Source of the DNA: an uncultured Victivallales bacterium
GTDB lineage: Bacteria; Verrucomicrobiota; Kiritimatiellia; UBA8416
Assembly (NCBI GenBank): GCA_964609395.1
Contig: CAZSRU010000001.1
Span: forward strand, 7,324-71,323
Reading direction: 5' to 3'
Length of the DNA stretch: 64,000 bases
In this document: in pieces, positions 1-10,617 of the stretch
Position numbering within the stretch: the first letter of the stretch is position 1
Layout: every line of letters begins with the position of its first letter
Notes under the pieces: generated by a model
The model's input: the letters and a program-made list of their open reading frames with translations, nothing else
Databases searched by the model: none
What the model was told of the DNA's origin: nothing
Made by a program: the position numbers and the translations under genes

Positions 1-186
1 GGCAGGCGATCGGATCGGTATACACCGTTGAATCGCAGTCAAGCAATTTAAGATAGGATCGGATCGTAATGCCAATGCGCTGGTCATCATCCAGAATCAC
101 GACATGGACGTGGCGCGATAGGGATTTCGCTTCAAGTGCCATGGGAATCTCCGGGGTTGTTGCATCTGGCTGGCATTGAAAAACCG

Positions 187-1715
<1,529 letters not shown>

Positions 1716-1725
1716 ACGGGGGTCT

Positions 1726-2256
1726 CTAATTGAATTTGAGCAGCGCAACCAGCGGATAGCCATCTGTAAGCAGCGTTACCGCCCCCGGTAACTGCTGGAA
1801 GCGCAGCACGTCATCCGGCTTGATCGCGGTTGCTGAAGGAGCCGAAAGCGAAAACGTGGTTTCCACCCCGAAGAGGGTTGCCGTCAGTGCCCCGGCCACG
1901 ATATTAGCCCATTCCTTGATGGCGTCTATCGTGTCCGTATCGCCAACGTCCCCAAGCTCGAGGCCAAGTACATTTGCCGCGATTTCCTTTCCCTGTGCAA
2001 CCGGCACGGCAACCTGCAATTCACCGCACTGGGCGCTGCCGGTGAATGCCACCACGGCTGATATGTAATCATCGGCGGGGAGGGTGGGGGGGGCATCACC
2101 ACTGTCGATTTCGGCAAAAACAAAGGCGAAATTCTCCAGCGTGGCAACCAGTGCCTGTTTTAGCGAATCGAGGATCGCGTCATCCTGTACGGTTTTCATC
2201 TCCATGCTTGGCTCCTGGCTGGGGGTCTGCGGGACGCTGCGTTTGGTGGGGTTCAC
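1726..2256 (-). CDS. cheX: CheX/CheC-family chemotaxis phosphatase
   Basis: 176 aa, N-terminal helix then CheC-like fold signature (ANVLGLELGDVGDTDT, IVAGALTATLFG); sits in the che operon. Confidence 0.6.
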   Translation of the reverse strand: MNPTKRSVPQTPSQEPSMEMKTVQDDAILDSLKQALVATLENFAFVFAEIDSGDAPPTLPADDYISAVVAFTGSAQCGELQVAVPVAQGKEIAANVLGLELGDVGDTDTIDAIKEWANIVAGALTATLFGVETTFSLSAPSATAIKPDDVLRFQQLPGAVTLLTDGYPLVALLKFN

Positions 2257-2259
2257 CCG

Positions 2260-3132
2260 TTAAATGAGTGACATCAGGATGTCCGACTTGGTCGATTCCT
2301 CGTGGATTTCATCCACGATAAGGGATATATCCGATACGGATAAGCCAAGGCGCTTCCAGACGGTTTGCACACATGCCGGATCAGCAAGATCGCCACCGTT
2401 GCCGATCTGTTCGCGATTGCAGATATAGTTAGCCATGTGGCACAGCGCTGTCGCTTCCCAATACTCGGGGGGCGCTGAATCGGGATCGTGGTGCCAGAGG
2501 ATCGGCAGCATCAGGTCTTCGGCCATGTTCCATTTGCCGCAAAGCCATCCGCCGAGTGCTGCATGATCGATTCCCGCCGCCTCCAGCTCTGCGCTGTAAA
2601 GGCTCATTGGCCTCGAACTGGCCAACGCAAGCGCGGCATGGAACTCATCGGCCATGAATTGATCCATGATCAGCTTGCCGATATCGTGGAGCAGGCCGAC
2701 AAGCCGCAAGGTCTCGTTGGTATGTCTTTTCTTCAAATTCGGCTTCGCATGCTTATTCACGACACAAGCCGCAATTCCCACGCTGATGGAATGCCGCCAG
2801 AACTCATCGCGGTTGAAATTGCCGCCTTGCTGATGACCGAATGCAGAGAAAATGGACGTGGATAGGGCAATGTTATTGGTGGCGGTCAACCCCAGTCTCG
2901 CCACCGCTTGTTGCACGGACTGTATTTCTACCCCGCCTGCATAAAGGGATGAGTTAACCACTTTGAGAATTCGTGCCGTAATCGCCGGGTCGTCCTCGAT
3001 CAGCCGCGCAATCGAGTTGGCGTTTGAATTGGGGTCGCGCACGGCTGCCGACAGCTTGTTCATAACGAGTGGTAGTGTCGGCAGGTTGCGTACGCCGTTC
3101 AGGATATCGATGATTTCATTAATGTTTTTCAT
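2260..3132 (-). CDS. HDOD-domain signalling protein
   Basis: HDOD-type motifs (ITARILKVVNSSLY, LHDIGKL, HAALG) in a 290 aa protein. Confidence 0.7.
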   Translation of the reverse strand: MKNINEIIDILNGVRNLPTLPLVMNKLSAAVRDPNSNANSIARLIEDDPAITARILKVVNSSLYAGGVEIQSVQQAVARLGLTATNNIALSTSIFSAFGHQQGGNFNRDEFWRHSISVGIAACVVNKHAKPNLKKRHTNETLRLVGLLHDIGKLIMDQFMADEFHAALALASSRPMSLYSAELEAAGIDHAALGGWLCGKWNMAEDLMLPILWHHDPDSAPPEYWEATALCHMANYICNREQIGNGGDLADPACVQTVWKRLGLSVSDISLIVDEIHEESTKSDILMSLI

Positions 3133-3176
3133 TAACAGCCGCAGCCTTTCTGACGGGATTGCGTATGAGTTGTCAA

Positions 3177-3578
3177 TTAATCTGTTGTGGTCTTCTCGGG
3201 AGTCCTGCCAAGTAGGCGCGTCATGATATCGCGAATGCCTTCGGGCGTAAAGGGTTTGTTTAGATATTCACGCACACCCCGGGCCTTGAGTTCGCGCATG
3301 CGCATCTCGCTGCGGTCGGTACTGACGATGACGACCGGCGTTTCCTTTAATTTACCCTGTCGTTCCATCTCCTCGACCATCTCGACCCCGTTCATCACCG
3401 GCATGTTAAGGTCGGCAAACATCAGGTCAACCCATTGGGCATCGAGTATATCAATGGCTTCGCGCCCGTTGGCCGCCTCGAAGATCTCACCGATATCCTC
3501 GCCGGTCATGCGTACCGCACGTCCGACGACTTTGCGTACAATTGCGGAATCATCAACAATTAAAATATTATAAGCCAT
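3177..3578 (-). CDS. cheY: Chemotaxis response regulator CheY
   Basis: 133 aa single receiver: [35 protein letters not shown] motif. Confidence 0.85.
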   Translation of the reverse strand: MAYNILIVDDSAIVRKVVGRAVRMTGEDIGEIFEAANGREAIDILDAQWVDLMFADLNMPVMNGVEMVEEMERQGKLKETPVVIVSTDRSEMRMRELKARGVREYLNKPFTPEGIRDIMTRLLGRTPEKTTTD

Positions 3579-3607
3579 CGGATGTGCTCCTGTCTTCTCT
3601 CAAGTAT

Positions 3608-4504
3608 TTATGTCTTGTCGACTTCGGGTTGGATGATCGAATTCCATTCATTCATTTTCTCAAGCGTGATGCTGGCAACCTGCTCAATATCCTGGGAGCG
3701 TAGCCCCAGCCTGACCGCCCCATCTTCGGTAACGATATACCGGAATCCGTCAATCCCGTCACCCACGCCAAGACTATATACCAGCGTATCGGCTAAATGC
3801 ACCATTAAAGCGGTTTCCCGGTACTCCGTGGCTAGATTCGGGTGGTGGTGGTGGTTCACAATGGCGATCAACTCCTCTGGGAAGGCCCACTTTTCCATCA
3901 ACCATGCGCCCGCCTGTGGGTGACTGACGCCTAGAATGTTGATTTCAATCTGATCAAAGGCCGCGTCGGAATCACGCAATTGGGCGTCAAATTCACGGCG
4001 GTTCTCCTGTACGAACGGGTCTAGCACGATTTTTCCCATATCATGCACGAGCCCTGCCGTGAAAAGCATTTCCTTCGGGTGACGTCCAAGGCTTAAAGCC
4101 AGCGTTTCGGCGGTCAGGGCCACGCCGATCGAATGTTTGAGCAGCATATGCGGTTCCAGGTCGTAGCCGTCGAGTTTCATGGCCAGGTGTGTGGCAAGCC
4201 CCTGTGCCATGATTATGCGAAACAGCCGTTTCGAACCCAGTCGCACAAACGCCTGTTGCAGCGAATCGATCCGTTGTGCTCCTGAAAACGCAGCGGAATT
4301 GACGACTTTGAGGATATTCATGGTAATGCCGGGATCGTAGCGTACGCTGTCGGCAAGCTGCTTGAAATCAAGATGCGGATCGGTTGCATGCGCCATCAGG
4401 TCGCGGAACATGGCTGGCATCGGTGGATGTGCGTCAACGGCATGGCGAATACGTTCAATCGTATCGTCTTGGCGGTTGTGGCTGTCGTTGCGTTTGTTGA
4501 TCAT
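3608..4504 (-). CDS. HDOD-domain signalling protein (second copy)
   Basis: MNILKVVNSAAF, GLVHDMGKIVL, HP(Q)AGAWL - HDOD signature; 298 aa. Confidence 0.7.
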   Translation of the reverse strand: MINKRNDSHNRQDDTIERIRHAVDAHPPMPAMFRDLMAHATDPHLDFKQLADSVRYDPGITMNILKVVNSAAFSGAQRIDSLQQAFVRLGSKRLFRIIMAQGLATHLAMKLDGYDLEPHMLLKHSIGVALTAETLALSLGRHPKEMLFTAGLVHDMGKIVLDPFVQENRREFDAQLRDSDAAFDQIEINILGVSHPQAGAWLMEKWAFPEELIAIVNHHHHPNLATEYRETALMVHLADTLVYSLGVGDGIDGFRYIVTEDGAVRLGLRSQDIEQVASITLEKMNEWNSIIQPEVDKT

Positions 4505-4507
4505 GCT

Positions 4508-4987
4508 CTAGAACTCACTTTCCACGCCGGATGACCGAAGAGTGCAGCGCCCACTGCCGATTTCGAGTTTCAAGGTTCGTGATAAAGAACCGCCGACCTG
4601 TTCGGCCTTGATCATCAATCCGTTTTTCCAAAGGATTTTGCGAAGCACGGTGTGGTTACGCTCCCCGATCCGGAAAAGGTTGCTGTTATCGAGTATCCGT
4701 GCGCAGCCAGCCACTTTTATAATGGCCCGCGAGCGGTTTACACCGAGTTCAAAGAGCATGGTAAGGAATTTCATCATGCCCGAGTCAACAAACATAAACG
4801 GCTTCACTTCGGCCTTCTGTGGATCAACACTGGCGATCGGCAGCATGCAGTGAATGATCCCGCCGACCTGGACCCCGGGATCATAGATGGCAATGCCCAC
4901 GCATGAGCCCAGTGAGTAGGTGACGAGCGTATCATCGGGATTATTCGAAACCTTGCCGTCGGCTATATCAATTATTATCTGACTCAT
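4508..4987 (-). CDS. cheD: Chemoreceptor glutamine deamidase CheD
   Basis: 159 aa with YSLGSCVGIAIYDP and GGIIHCMLP motifs characteristic of CheD. Confidence 0.85.
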   Translation of the reverse strand: MSQIIIDIADGKVSNNPDDTLVTYSLGSCVGIAIYDPGVQVGGIIHCMLPIASVDPQKAEVKPFMFVDSGMMKFLTMLFELGVNRSRAIIKVAGCARILDNSNLFRIGERNHTVLRKILWKNGLMIKAEQVGGSLSRTLKLEIGSGRCTLRSSGVESEF

Positions 4988-5802
4988 TTTATGTATACCG
5001 ACGGTTTAACGCTACGGAAATTACCCAGCATACCCGATAAGCTTTCCGCGTGACCGACCATCAGGATGCCGCCGGGTTTCAAAAGGCGCCAGATTTCATC
5101 GAGTAGCCCTTTCCTGACTTTGTTGTCGAAATATATCATGACATTTCGGCAGAATACAATATCGAAAGGCCCCGCCATCGGATATGGCGGTTGCGCGAGA
5201 TTAAGTCGGGCAAACGAAAGCATGCGGCGCAGTTCATCGTTCACGACATAGCAGCGGTTGGCAACGTCTGCCGGTTCCTTTCTGAAGAACCGGCGGGTCA
5301 TTGATTCTGGAACCTTTTCGAGGTGCCTTGGTTCGTAGCGACCGGCCTTGGCAACATCAAGAGCGCGCGTGGAAATGTCGGTGGCCAGAATCTTGAAGTC
5401 GCTGACGTCGGGAATCGCGGCTCTGGCCGTCATCGCGATCGTGTAGGGTTCCTCTCCTGTCGATGAGGCGGCGCACCAAATGCGAAACGAGCGCTGGCCG
5501 CCGCCGTGCCATTGCTGAAGCAGCTCGGTGAGCAGTTGGAAGTGATGTTCCTCACGAAAGAAGTAGGTGACGTTGGTGGAAATGGCATTAAGCATTTCGA
5601 CAAGCTCGTCGCCGTCCTTATCGTCCTTTACCAGACGATAATACTCCTCGTAACGGTCAATTCCGAGCGCTCGCATGCGTTTTCCCATGCGCGAGGCCAC
5701 CAGTGCTTCCTTTTGCGGCCCCAGATGGATGCCTGCCTTGTCGTAGACAAGCTCGCAAAACCGGCTGAACATTTCGGCACTTAACTCTTCATTCTTATTC
5801 AT
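4984..5802 (-). CDS. cheR: Chemotaxis protein methyltransferase CheR
   Basis: 272 aa; CheR N-domain and SAM-MTase region (FRIWCAASSTGEEPYTIAM, FDIVFCRNVMIYF). Confidence 0.9.
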   Translation of the reverse strand: MNKNEELSAEMFSRFCELVYDKAGIHLGPQKEALVASRMGKRMRALGIDRYEEYYRLVKDDKDGDELVEMLNAISTNVTYFFREEHHFQLLTELLQQWHGGGQRSFRIWCAASSTGEEPYTIAMTARAAIPDVSDFKILATDISTRALDVAKAGRYEPRHLEKVPESMTRRFFRKEPADVANRCYVVNDELRRMLSFARLNLAQPPYPMAGPFDIVFCRNVMIYFDNKVRKGLLDEIWRLLKPGGILMVGHAESLSGMLGNFRSVKPSVYIK

Positions 5803-5990
5803 GCGGGGTTCAGACTATGTGTAAACCGGTTCGCAATCAATCACAAAAGAACTAAAAAATTGAAAACATACAGGGTTGCGTTATTTGATTTATGACGTTA
5901 TGTTTACCCCTGATGTCGGACTTGTGTTTGTCTTTCGGCAGGCAAGTTCGCCGAGTCAGGGCTAATGTTACAACAGGGAGTTCGGGCAGT

Positions 5991-7031
5991 ATGAACGATA
6001 CGAATGATGCCGCGAGCATGGCTCCGTTGGGGCGCGACGGTGTGGGGCGCTGTGCTGTTGCGTGCCCGATGTGCGGGCATGAGCACACGCAGTACCGGTT
6101 GAATCCACGCATGTACTGGAATAACGATCTTGATCTGGATCGCAAGCCTTCAGGTTTCCAATGCTTGAAGGGGCTTGCGGGGCTGTATCCTCCGCTTTAC
6201 GATTTGTGGCATTGCCCGAAATGCCATTTCACGACGCATAACCGGACGTTTCCCGATCCTCTGAAAAATGTGTTCATCGAAAAAGGGCTTGTACAGCGGC
6301 ACTTGGCGGATGCGGCCAAGCCGGGAACGGCATTTTCGCGTGTTTGTGAGGTCCTCGGGGCGGATCAGAATATCGATAAGGTCGATTTTCAATCCGCTAT
6401 CCGCTGTGCGTTACTGGCCATTTATTTCGACGCCTTCATCGTCGGCCTTTTGAGACAAGGATATGCGTCGTTGGCGCGAAGCTGCTTAAGGCTGGCGTGG
6501 TTGCACCGGGATTGGACGTCAATGGATGCTGATTACGATTCCAAGAGTACAGCATTAAGTGCAAAAATCGACAAGCTTGCCGTCGATTGGCCGGATATTC
6601 CCCGATCAGAGAATGATGCCTTGAAGTTGGCCTGCGTTCACTATGAGGCCGCCCTGAACGAAGCGTCCGTTGAAAATGATCCCATGGAAACGGCTACGAT
6701 TCTCATGCATTTGGCGCGAATTTGCCTGCAGATGGGGGATACAAGCTCGCCCGCCAAGCATCTGGAGGCATGTCGCCGCGGTGCGATGGAAGAGCAAAAC
6801 CGACTGGCTGCGGTCATGCACGAGGATGATCGGCGCCGAGAAATGCCTGAAGATGAACGAGGTCAACTGGTTTCCGCCAGCCGGCGCATCAAGACGATGA
6901 TTGATGACTGCGGCGACCTTCAGACGGAAATCCGCCGTTTGCAGTCAGCGGCCAAGGCACCGGTTGCGTCGCGTCAGGTGAAATCCCCTGAACCGAAGAA
7001 AGGGTTGCTTAAAGGGTTTTTCGGTGGGTGA
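5991..7031 (+). CDS. DUF2225-like zinc-ribbon protein (CxxC-N37-CxxC then long helical region); start moved to ATG 5991 (RBS AGGGAG)
   Basis: CPMCGHEH...NDLDLDRKP...LYPPLYDLWHCPKCHF matches the DUF2225 N-terminal arrangement; divergently placed between cheR and fliO. Confidence 0.55.
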   Translation: MNDTNDAASMAPLGRDGVGRCAVACPMCGHEHTQYRLNPRMYWNNDLDLDRKPSGFQCLKGLAGLYPPLYDLWHCPKCHFTTHNRTFPDPLKNVFIEKGLVQRHLADAAKPGTAFSRVCEVLGADQNIDKVDFQSAIRCALLAIYFDAFIVGLLRQGYASLARSCLRLAWLHRDWTSMDADYDSKSTALSAKIDKLAVDWPDIPRSENDALKLACVHYEAALNEASVENDPMETATILMHLARICLQMGDTSSPAKHLEACRRGAMEEQNRLAAVMHEDDRRREMPEDERGQLVSASRRIKTMIDDCGDLQTEIRRLQSAAKAPVASRQVKSPEPKKGLLKGFFGG

Positions 7032-7539
7032 TCTGGTTGCCTGTGGCATGTCGGGTGCTTATAGCTCCGGCATGAGACAGAACTTTTCTCGATATTGTCG
7101 CTCAGCGCTTCTTCTTTCTGTGATATTGCTTTCTATGCGAACGGCGCTTGCCGCCGATCAAACGAATGCAAATGGACAAGCCATGCCGTCGCGGGATGTG
7201 CCCGCTTGGGTCTCGCAGTCATCCGGCGGTTCCGCAGATACGCTGGCCCGGCCAGGCCGTTATGGTGCTTTCCGCTCGATGGCGGCTCTGCTGGTTGTGC
7301 TTGGCGGGTTATTCGGGGTGCATGTGCTTCTGCGCCGGCGTGGTGCACTTTGGACTAGCCCCGATCTTCTGTCGTTGCGCGTTGTGGCCCGCAAGCGTTT
7401 CGGTGCACGACAGGAACTGATTGTAGTCGAATGGGAGGGGCAGCGCCTGCTCCTAGGGGCGGGGCCCGGTTTTATTACCCGACTTAGCCGCATGGCGTCG
7501 GCAACAAAGCCGCAGGGTGCAGAGGAGCAGGATTCATGA
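7024..7539 (+). CDS. fliO: Flagellar biosynthesis protein FliO (exact start uncertain)
   Basis: Single TM segment and conserved FliO C-terminus LLSLRVVARKRFGARQELIVVEWEGQRLLLGAG; followed directly by fliP. Confidence 0.75.
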   Translation: MGDLVACGMSGAYSSGMRQNFSRYCRSALLLSVILLSMRTALAADQTNANGQAMPSRDVPAWVSQSSGGSADTLARPGRYGAFRSMAALLVVLGGLFGVHVLLRRRGALWTSPDLLSLRVVARKRFGARQELIVVEWEGQRLLLGAGPGFITRLSRMASATKPQGAEEQDS

Positions 7540-8369
7540 ACGTCTTCTGGCGTAACTGTGCGACTTCCGTTGTGCGCCGTATTCCTGTGCTTGCGATCGC
7601 GCTGGTCGTGCTGACGTCAGGTGCGCCGCGTGCTTTCTCGCAGGATGCGGGTATTCCTACGACGCCTGCCTCAAGCGGAATGTCCAGTCCGGCGGGGCCG
7701 CTAGGGGTCCAGATTCGCTTTGACGGGGGCGAATCCCCGGAGACGCTCTCGACTAGCATTCGGATCCTGATCTTGATGACTGTGCTTTCCCTGGCGCCAT
7801 CGGGTATGATCATGCTGACGGGGTTTACGCGTATAATGATTGTGCTGAGCATCGTCAGGCGCGCGATCGGCCTCCAGTCTGCCCCACCGAATCAGCTTAT
7901 TGCCGGCTTGGCCATGTTCCTGACGTTTTTCGTCATGCGTCCCGTATTCGAAGAAATTCATAAGAATGCCTGGGAGCCGTTGCGTGCCGGTGCGATTAGC
8001 GACATGGAGGCATGGGATCGGGCGGCGGCACCGCTGCGGACTTTCATGCTGCGGCAGAGCGGTGAGTCGGAGTTGCGCTTGTTTCATGAATTGGCCAACG
8101 AGCCGATCCCCGAACGGCCTGAAGAGGTTAAGCTAGGTGTGCTGGTGCCAGCTTTCATGGTCAGCGAATTGAAAACGGCCTTTCAGATGGGGTTCTTGGT
8201 CTGGTTGCCTTTTTTGGTCATTGATCTTGTCCTGGCGTCCTCGTTGATGGCATTGGGGATGATGATGCTGCCGCCGATGATGATCTCGTTGCCCATTAAA
8301 GTCTTGTTCTTCGTGCTGGCGGACGGATGGACGATTGTGATTCATGGGTTGGTGAAAAGCTTCTTGTGA
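7536..8369 (+). CDS. fliP: Flagellar export gate protein FliP
   Basis: Signal peptide plus conserved FliP core (GFTRIMIVLSIVRRAIGLQ, FLVIDLVLASSLMALGMMMLPP). Confidence 0.95.
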   Translation: MNVFWRNCATSVVRRIPVLAIALVVLTSGAPRAFSQDAGIPTTPASSGMSSPAGPLGVQIRFDGGESPETLSTSIRILILMTVLSLAPSGMIMLTGFTRIMIVLSIVRRAIGLQSAPPNQLIAGLAMFLTFFVMRPVFEEIHKNAWEPLRAGAISDMEAWDRAAAPLRTFMLRQSGESELRLFHELANEPIPERPEEVKLGVLVPAFMVSELKTAFQMGFLVWLPFLVIDLVLASSLMALGMMMLPPMMISLPIKVLFFVLADGWTIVIHGLVKSFL

Positions 8370-8393
8370 TTGATGCGTGAAAGGTGAGCGACT

Positions 8394-8657
8394 ATGACAC
8401 CACAAATGGCATTGGAATTGTCTAACCGCGCGATGATGATCGCGCTGCAACTATCCTTGCCGATGCTCTTGACCGCCATGATTGTCGGCGTTGTGGTCAA
8501 CATCTTTCAAACGGTAACCTCGATTAAGGACCAGAGTTTGGCGTTTGTTCCCAAGATCCTGGCCGCGGCGGCGGTAACGGGGTTGGCGATGCCCTGGGGT
8601 ATCCAGATGATGAGCGCCTATTTCCGCGATATGTACCAGCTCCTGGGCGGGTTGTAG
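8394..8657 (+). CDS. fliQ: Flagellar export gate protein FliQ
   Basis: 87 aa two-TM protein with FliQ consensus. Confidence 0.9.
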   Translation: MTPQMALELSNRAMMIALQLSLPMLLTAMIVGVVVNIFQTVTSIKDQSLAFVPKILAAAAVTGLAMPWGIQMMSAYFRDMYQLLGGL

Positions 8658-8659
8658 TC

Positions 8660-9436
8660 ATGACCGTGCTGCTGGGGGATTATCCGGTTGTCCTGTTGAT
8701 GGTGTTCTTCCGGGTGAGTGGTGTCCTGCTGGTTCTGCCGTTCTTCGGCATCCCGGCGGACAGCGGGTGGTTGCTGGCGGGAGCGTCGCTGCCGTTGACG
8801 CTTCTCTTCGCCAGCGTCATTTCACCATCCTGGAGTGCCGCCGCAGCCGCCCTGACCACAACGGGCGACTTGGTGCTGGCTATTTTTGGCGAAACCATGC
8901 TTGGCTCGGCGATCGGCTTGGTTTGCGGGATTTTTATCAACGCTTACGTGGTTGCCGGCACCCTTGCCAGCAGCGGATGTTCGCTGTCAATGGCCGAGGA
9001 ACTGGATCCGATAACCGGCGAGTCCTCGGATGTGCTGACGCAGGTTTGGCGCATGCTTTTCCTGTTGACGGTGCTGTCAACGGACGCGCACCTGATGGTT
9101 TTCCGCATCCTGGCGCGCACGTTCGAGCAACTGCCAGTGCCGTGGGTCGGTTGGGTGCATGGCGGACGCGACCTGGCATTGCTCGGGGGCACCGCATTCC
9201 GTGCCGGAATGTCGATCGCACTGCCGATTATTCTGGTTTCATTACTGGTCAGTATAGGTATGGCCTTGATCGCCCGAATGGCCTCCGGCTTTGATGTCAT
9301 GTTTCTCTCGCTGCCTTTCCGCTTGCTACTCGGGTTGAGTGTTTTTGCTCTTGCCTTGCTGTTGGGCGGCGGACTCCTGCGCACTATGGCATATCAGATG
9401 CTATCATCCTTGTCTCAGTTCCTAGGATGGTATTAA
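8660..9436 (+). CDS. fliR: Flagellar export gate protein FliR
   Basis: 258 aa polytopic membrane protein in fliPQR-flhB order. Confidence 0.85.
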   Translation: MTVLLGDYPVVLLMVFFRVSGVLLVLPFFGIPADSGWLLAGASLPLTLLFASVISPSWSAAAAALTTTGDLVLAIFGETMLGSAIGLVCGIFINAYVVAGTLASSGCSLSMAEELDPITGESSDVLTQVWRMLFLLTVLSTDAHLMVFRILARTFEQLPVPWVGWVHGGRDLALLGGTAFRAGMSIALPIILVSLLVSIGMALIARMASGFDVMFLSLPFRLLLGLSVFALALLLGGGLLRTMAYQMLSSLSQFLGWY

Positions 9437-9480
9437 TCATCGTGATGCATGTGGGATTTTCCCCATGAAAAGCAGGGGTT

Positions 9481-10617
9481 ATGGAAGGCAAAGACGGCAA
9501 AAGCGAGAAAGCGACCAGTAAGCGGCGCTCTGAGCAGCGTGATAAAGGCAATCTGGCCGTATCGCAGGAAATCATCACTGTGGCTGTATTGTTCCTAACG
9601 GTGATCCTGCTCCGCCAGGGATTCCCTTCCTATCTGGCTGGAACACGCCGTATGCTTGAAGTCAGTTGCCTGGCGATGAGTGCCGATGACGCGTGGAGCG
9701 GAATTTGGTTGCAACAGCAATACTGGCACGGGCTCGGAGCTGTCTTGCGTGTTATCGCGCCACTCGTGGGCGGAATCCTGCTGGCGGGGATTATCGGCAG
9801 CGTCGGCCAGACGGGCCCCTTTTTCAGTTGGGAGGCCTTTCAGGCTGGCGGCCTCAAGGCGCTTGACCCGATCAAGGGGGCCAAGCGATTATTCTCGTTC
9901 AAATCGGTGACCAAACTGCTGATGACGCTGGCGAAAATCGGATTGATTGCGGGCGTCATGACCCTTATGTGGCGACGCAAGTGGAATACCGTTGCCCAGT
10001 TGCACGATTTTGACTTGAGTTCGGCTGTCGGCTGGGTGGGACATAACCTCTATACGACGGTCATGGTGATTATCGTGTTGGCGATCTGCATTGCCGTCGT
10101 GGATTTCGTGATCACCTACCGTCGGCATGAGAAAAGCATGATGATGTCCAAGCAGGAGGTCAAGGACGAGCGCAAACAGTACGAAATGAAGCCCGAGGTC
10201 AAACGGGCGCAATTTCGTAAGATGCGGTCATTGACCATTTCCAGGATGGTGGCGGAAGTACCTAAAGCGACCGTGATCATTACAAACCCGACTCGGGTGG
10301 CGGTGGCGATCAAGTATAATCCCGCCGAGATGGAGGCGCCACAGGTTGTCGCCAAAGGCCTGCGCATCCGGGCCAAGCGCATTCGCGAACTGGCGGCAAA
10401 GCACGGGATCCCGATCGTGGAGCGCCCGCCGCTGGCACGCGCCTTGTATCGGTCTGTGCCGACGGGACGCTCTATCCCCGCCGGGCTGTTCGAGGGCGTT
10501 GCGGAAGTGCTTGCGTATCTGCATCGGTTAGGGTACCGGCTGGAAGGGATTGCGGGTCAGAAGGTGTCGACGGGAAATGCCGTCGAGCAGGAAGGATATA
10601 GGGCGCCATGGCTTTAA
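9481..10617 (+). CDS. flhB: Flagellar export switch protein FlhB
   Basis: 378 aa; four TM segments; autocleavage site NPTR/NPTH-like (VIITNPTRVAVAIKYN); C-terminal cytoplasmic domain. Confidence 0.9.
   Translation: MEGKDGKSEKATSKRRSEQRDKGNLAVSQEIITVAVLFLTVILLRQGFPSYLAGTRRMLEVSCLAMSADDAWSGIWLQQQYWHGLGAVLRVIAPLVGGILLAGIIGSVGQTGPFFSWEAFQAGGLKALDPIKGAKRLFSFKSVTKLLMTLAKIGLIAGVMTLMWRRKWNTVAQLHDFDLSSAVGWVGHNLYTTVMVIIVLAICIAVVDFVITYRRHEKSMMMSKQEVKDERKQYEMKPEVKRAQFRKMRSLTISRMVAEVPKATVIITNPTRVAVAIKYNPAEMEAPQVVAKGLRIRAKRIRELAAKHGIPIVERPPLARALYRSVPTGRSIPAGLFEGVAEVLAYLHRLGYRLEGIAGQKVSTGNAVEQEGYRAPWL

Noticed and set aside
5803-5990. Search for canonical sigma28 (TAAA-N15-GCCGATAA) promoters upstream of cheR, DUF2225, cheY-cheX and the flagellins
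   Set aside because: No convincing match with correct spacing was found; only the shared ATGCTAAC motif at the flagellins is reported
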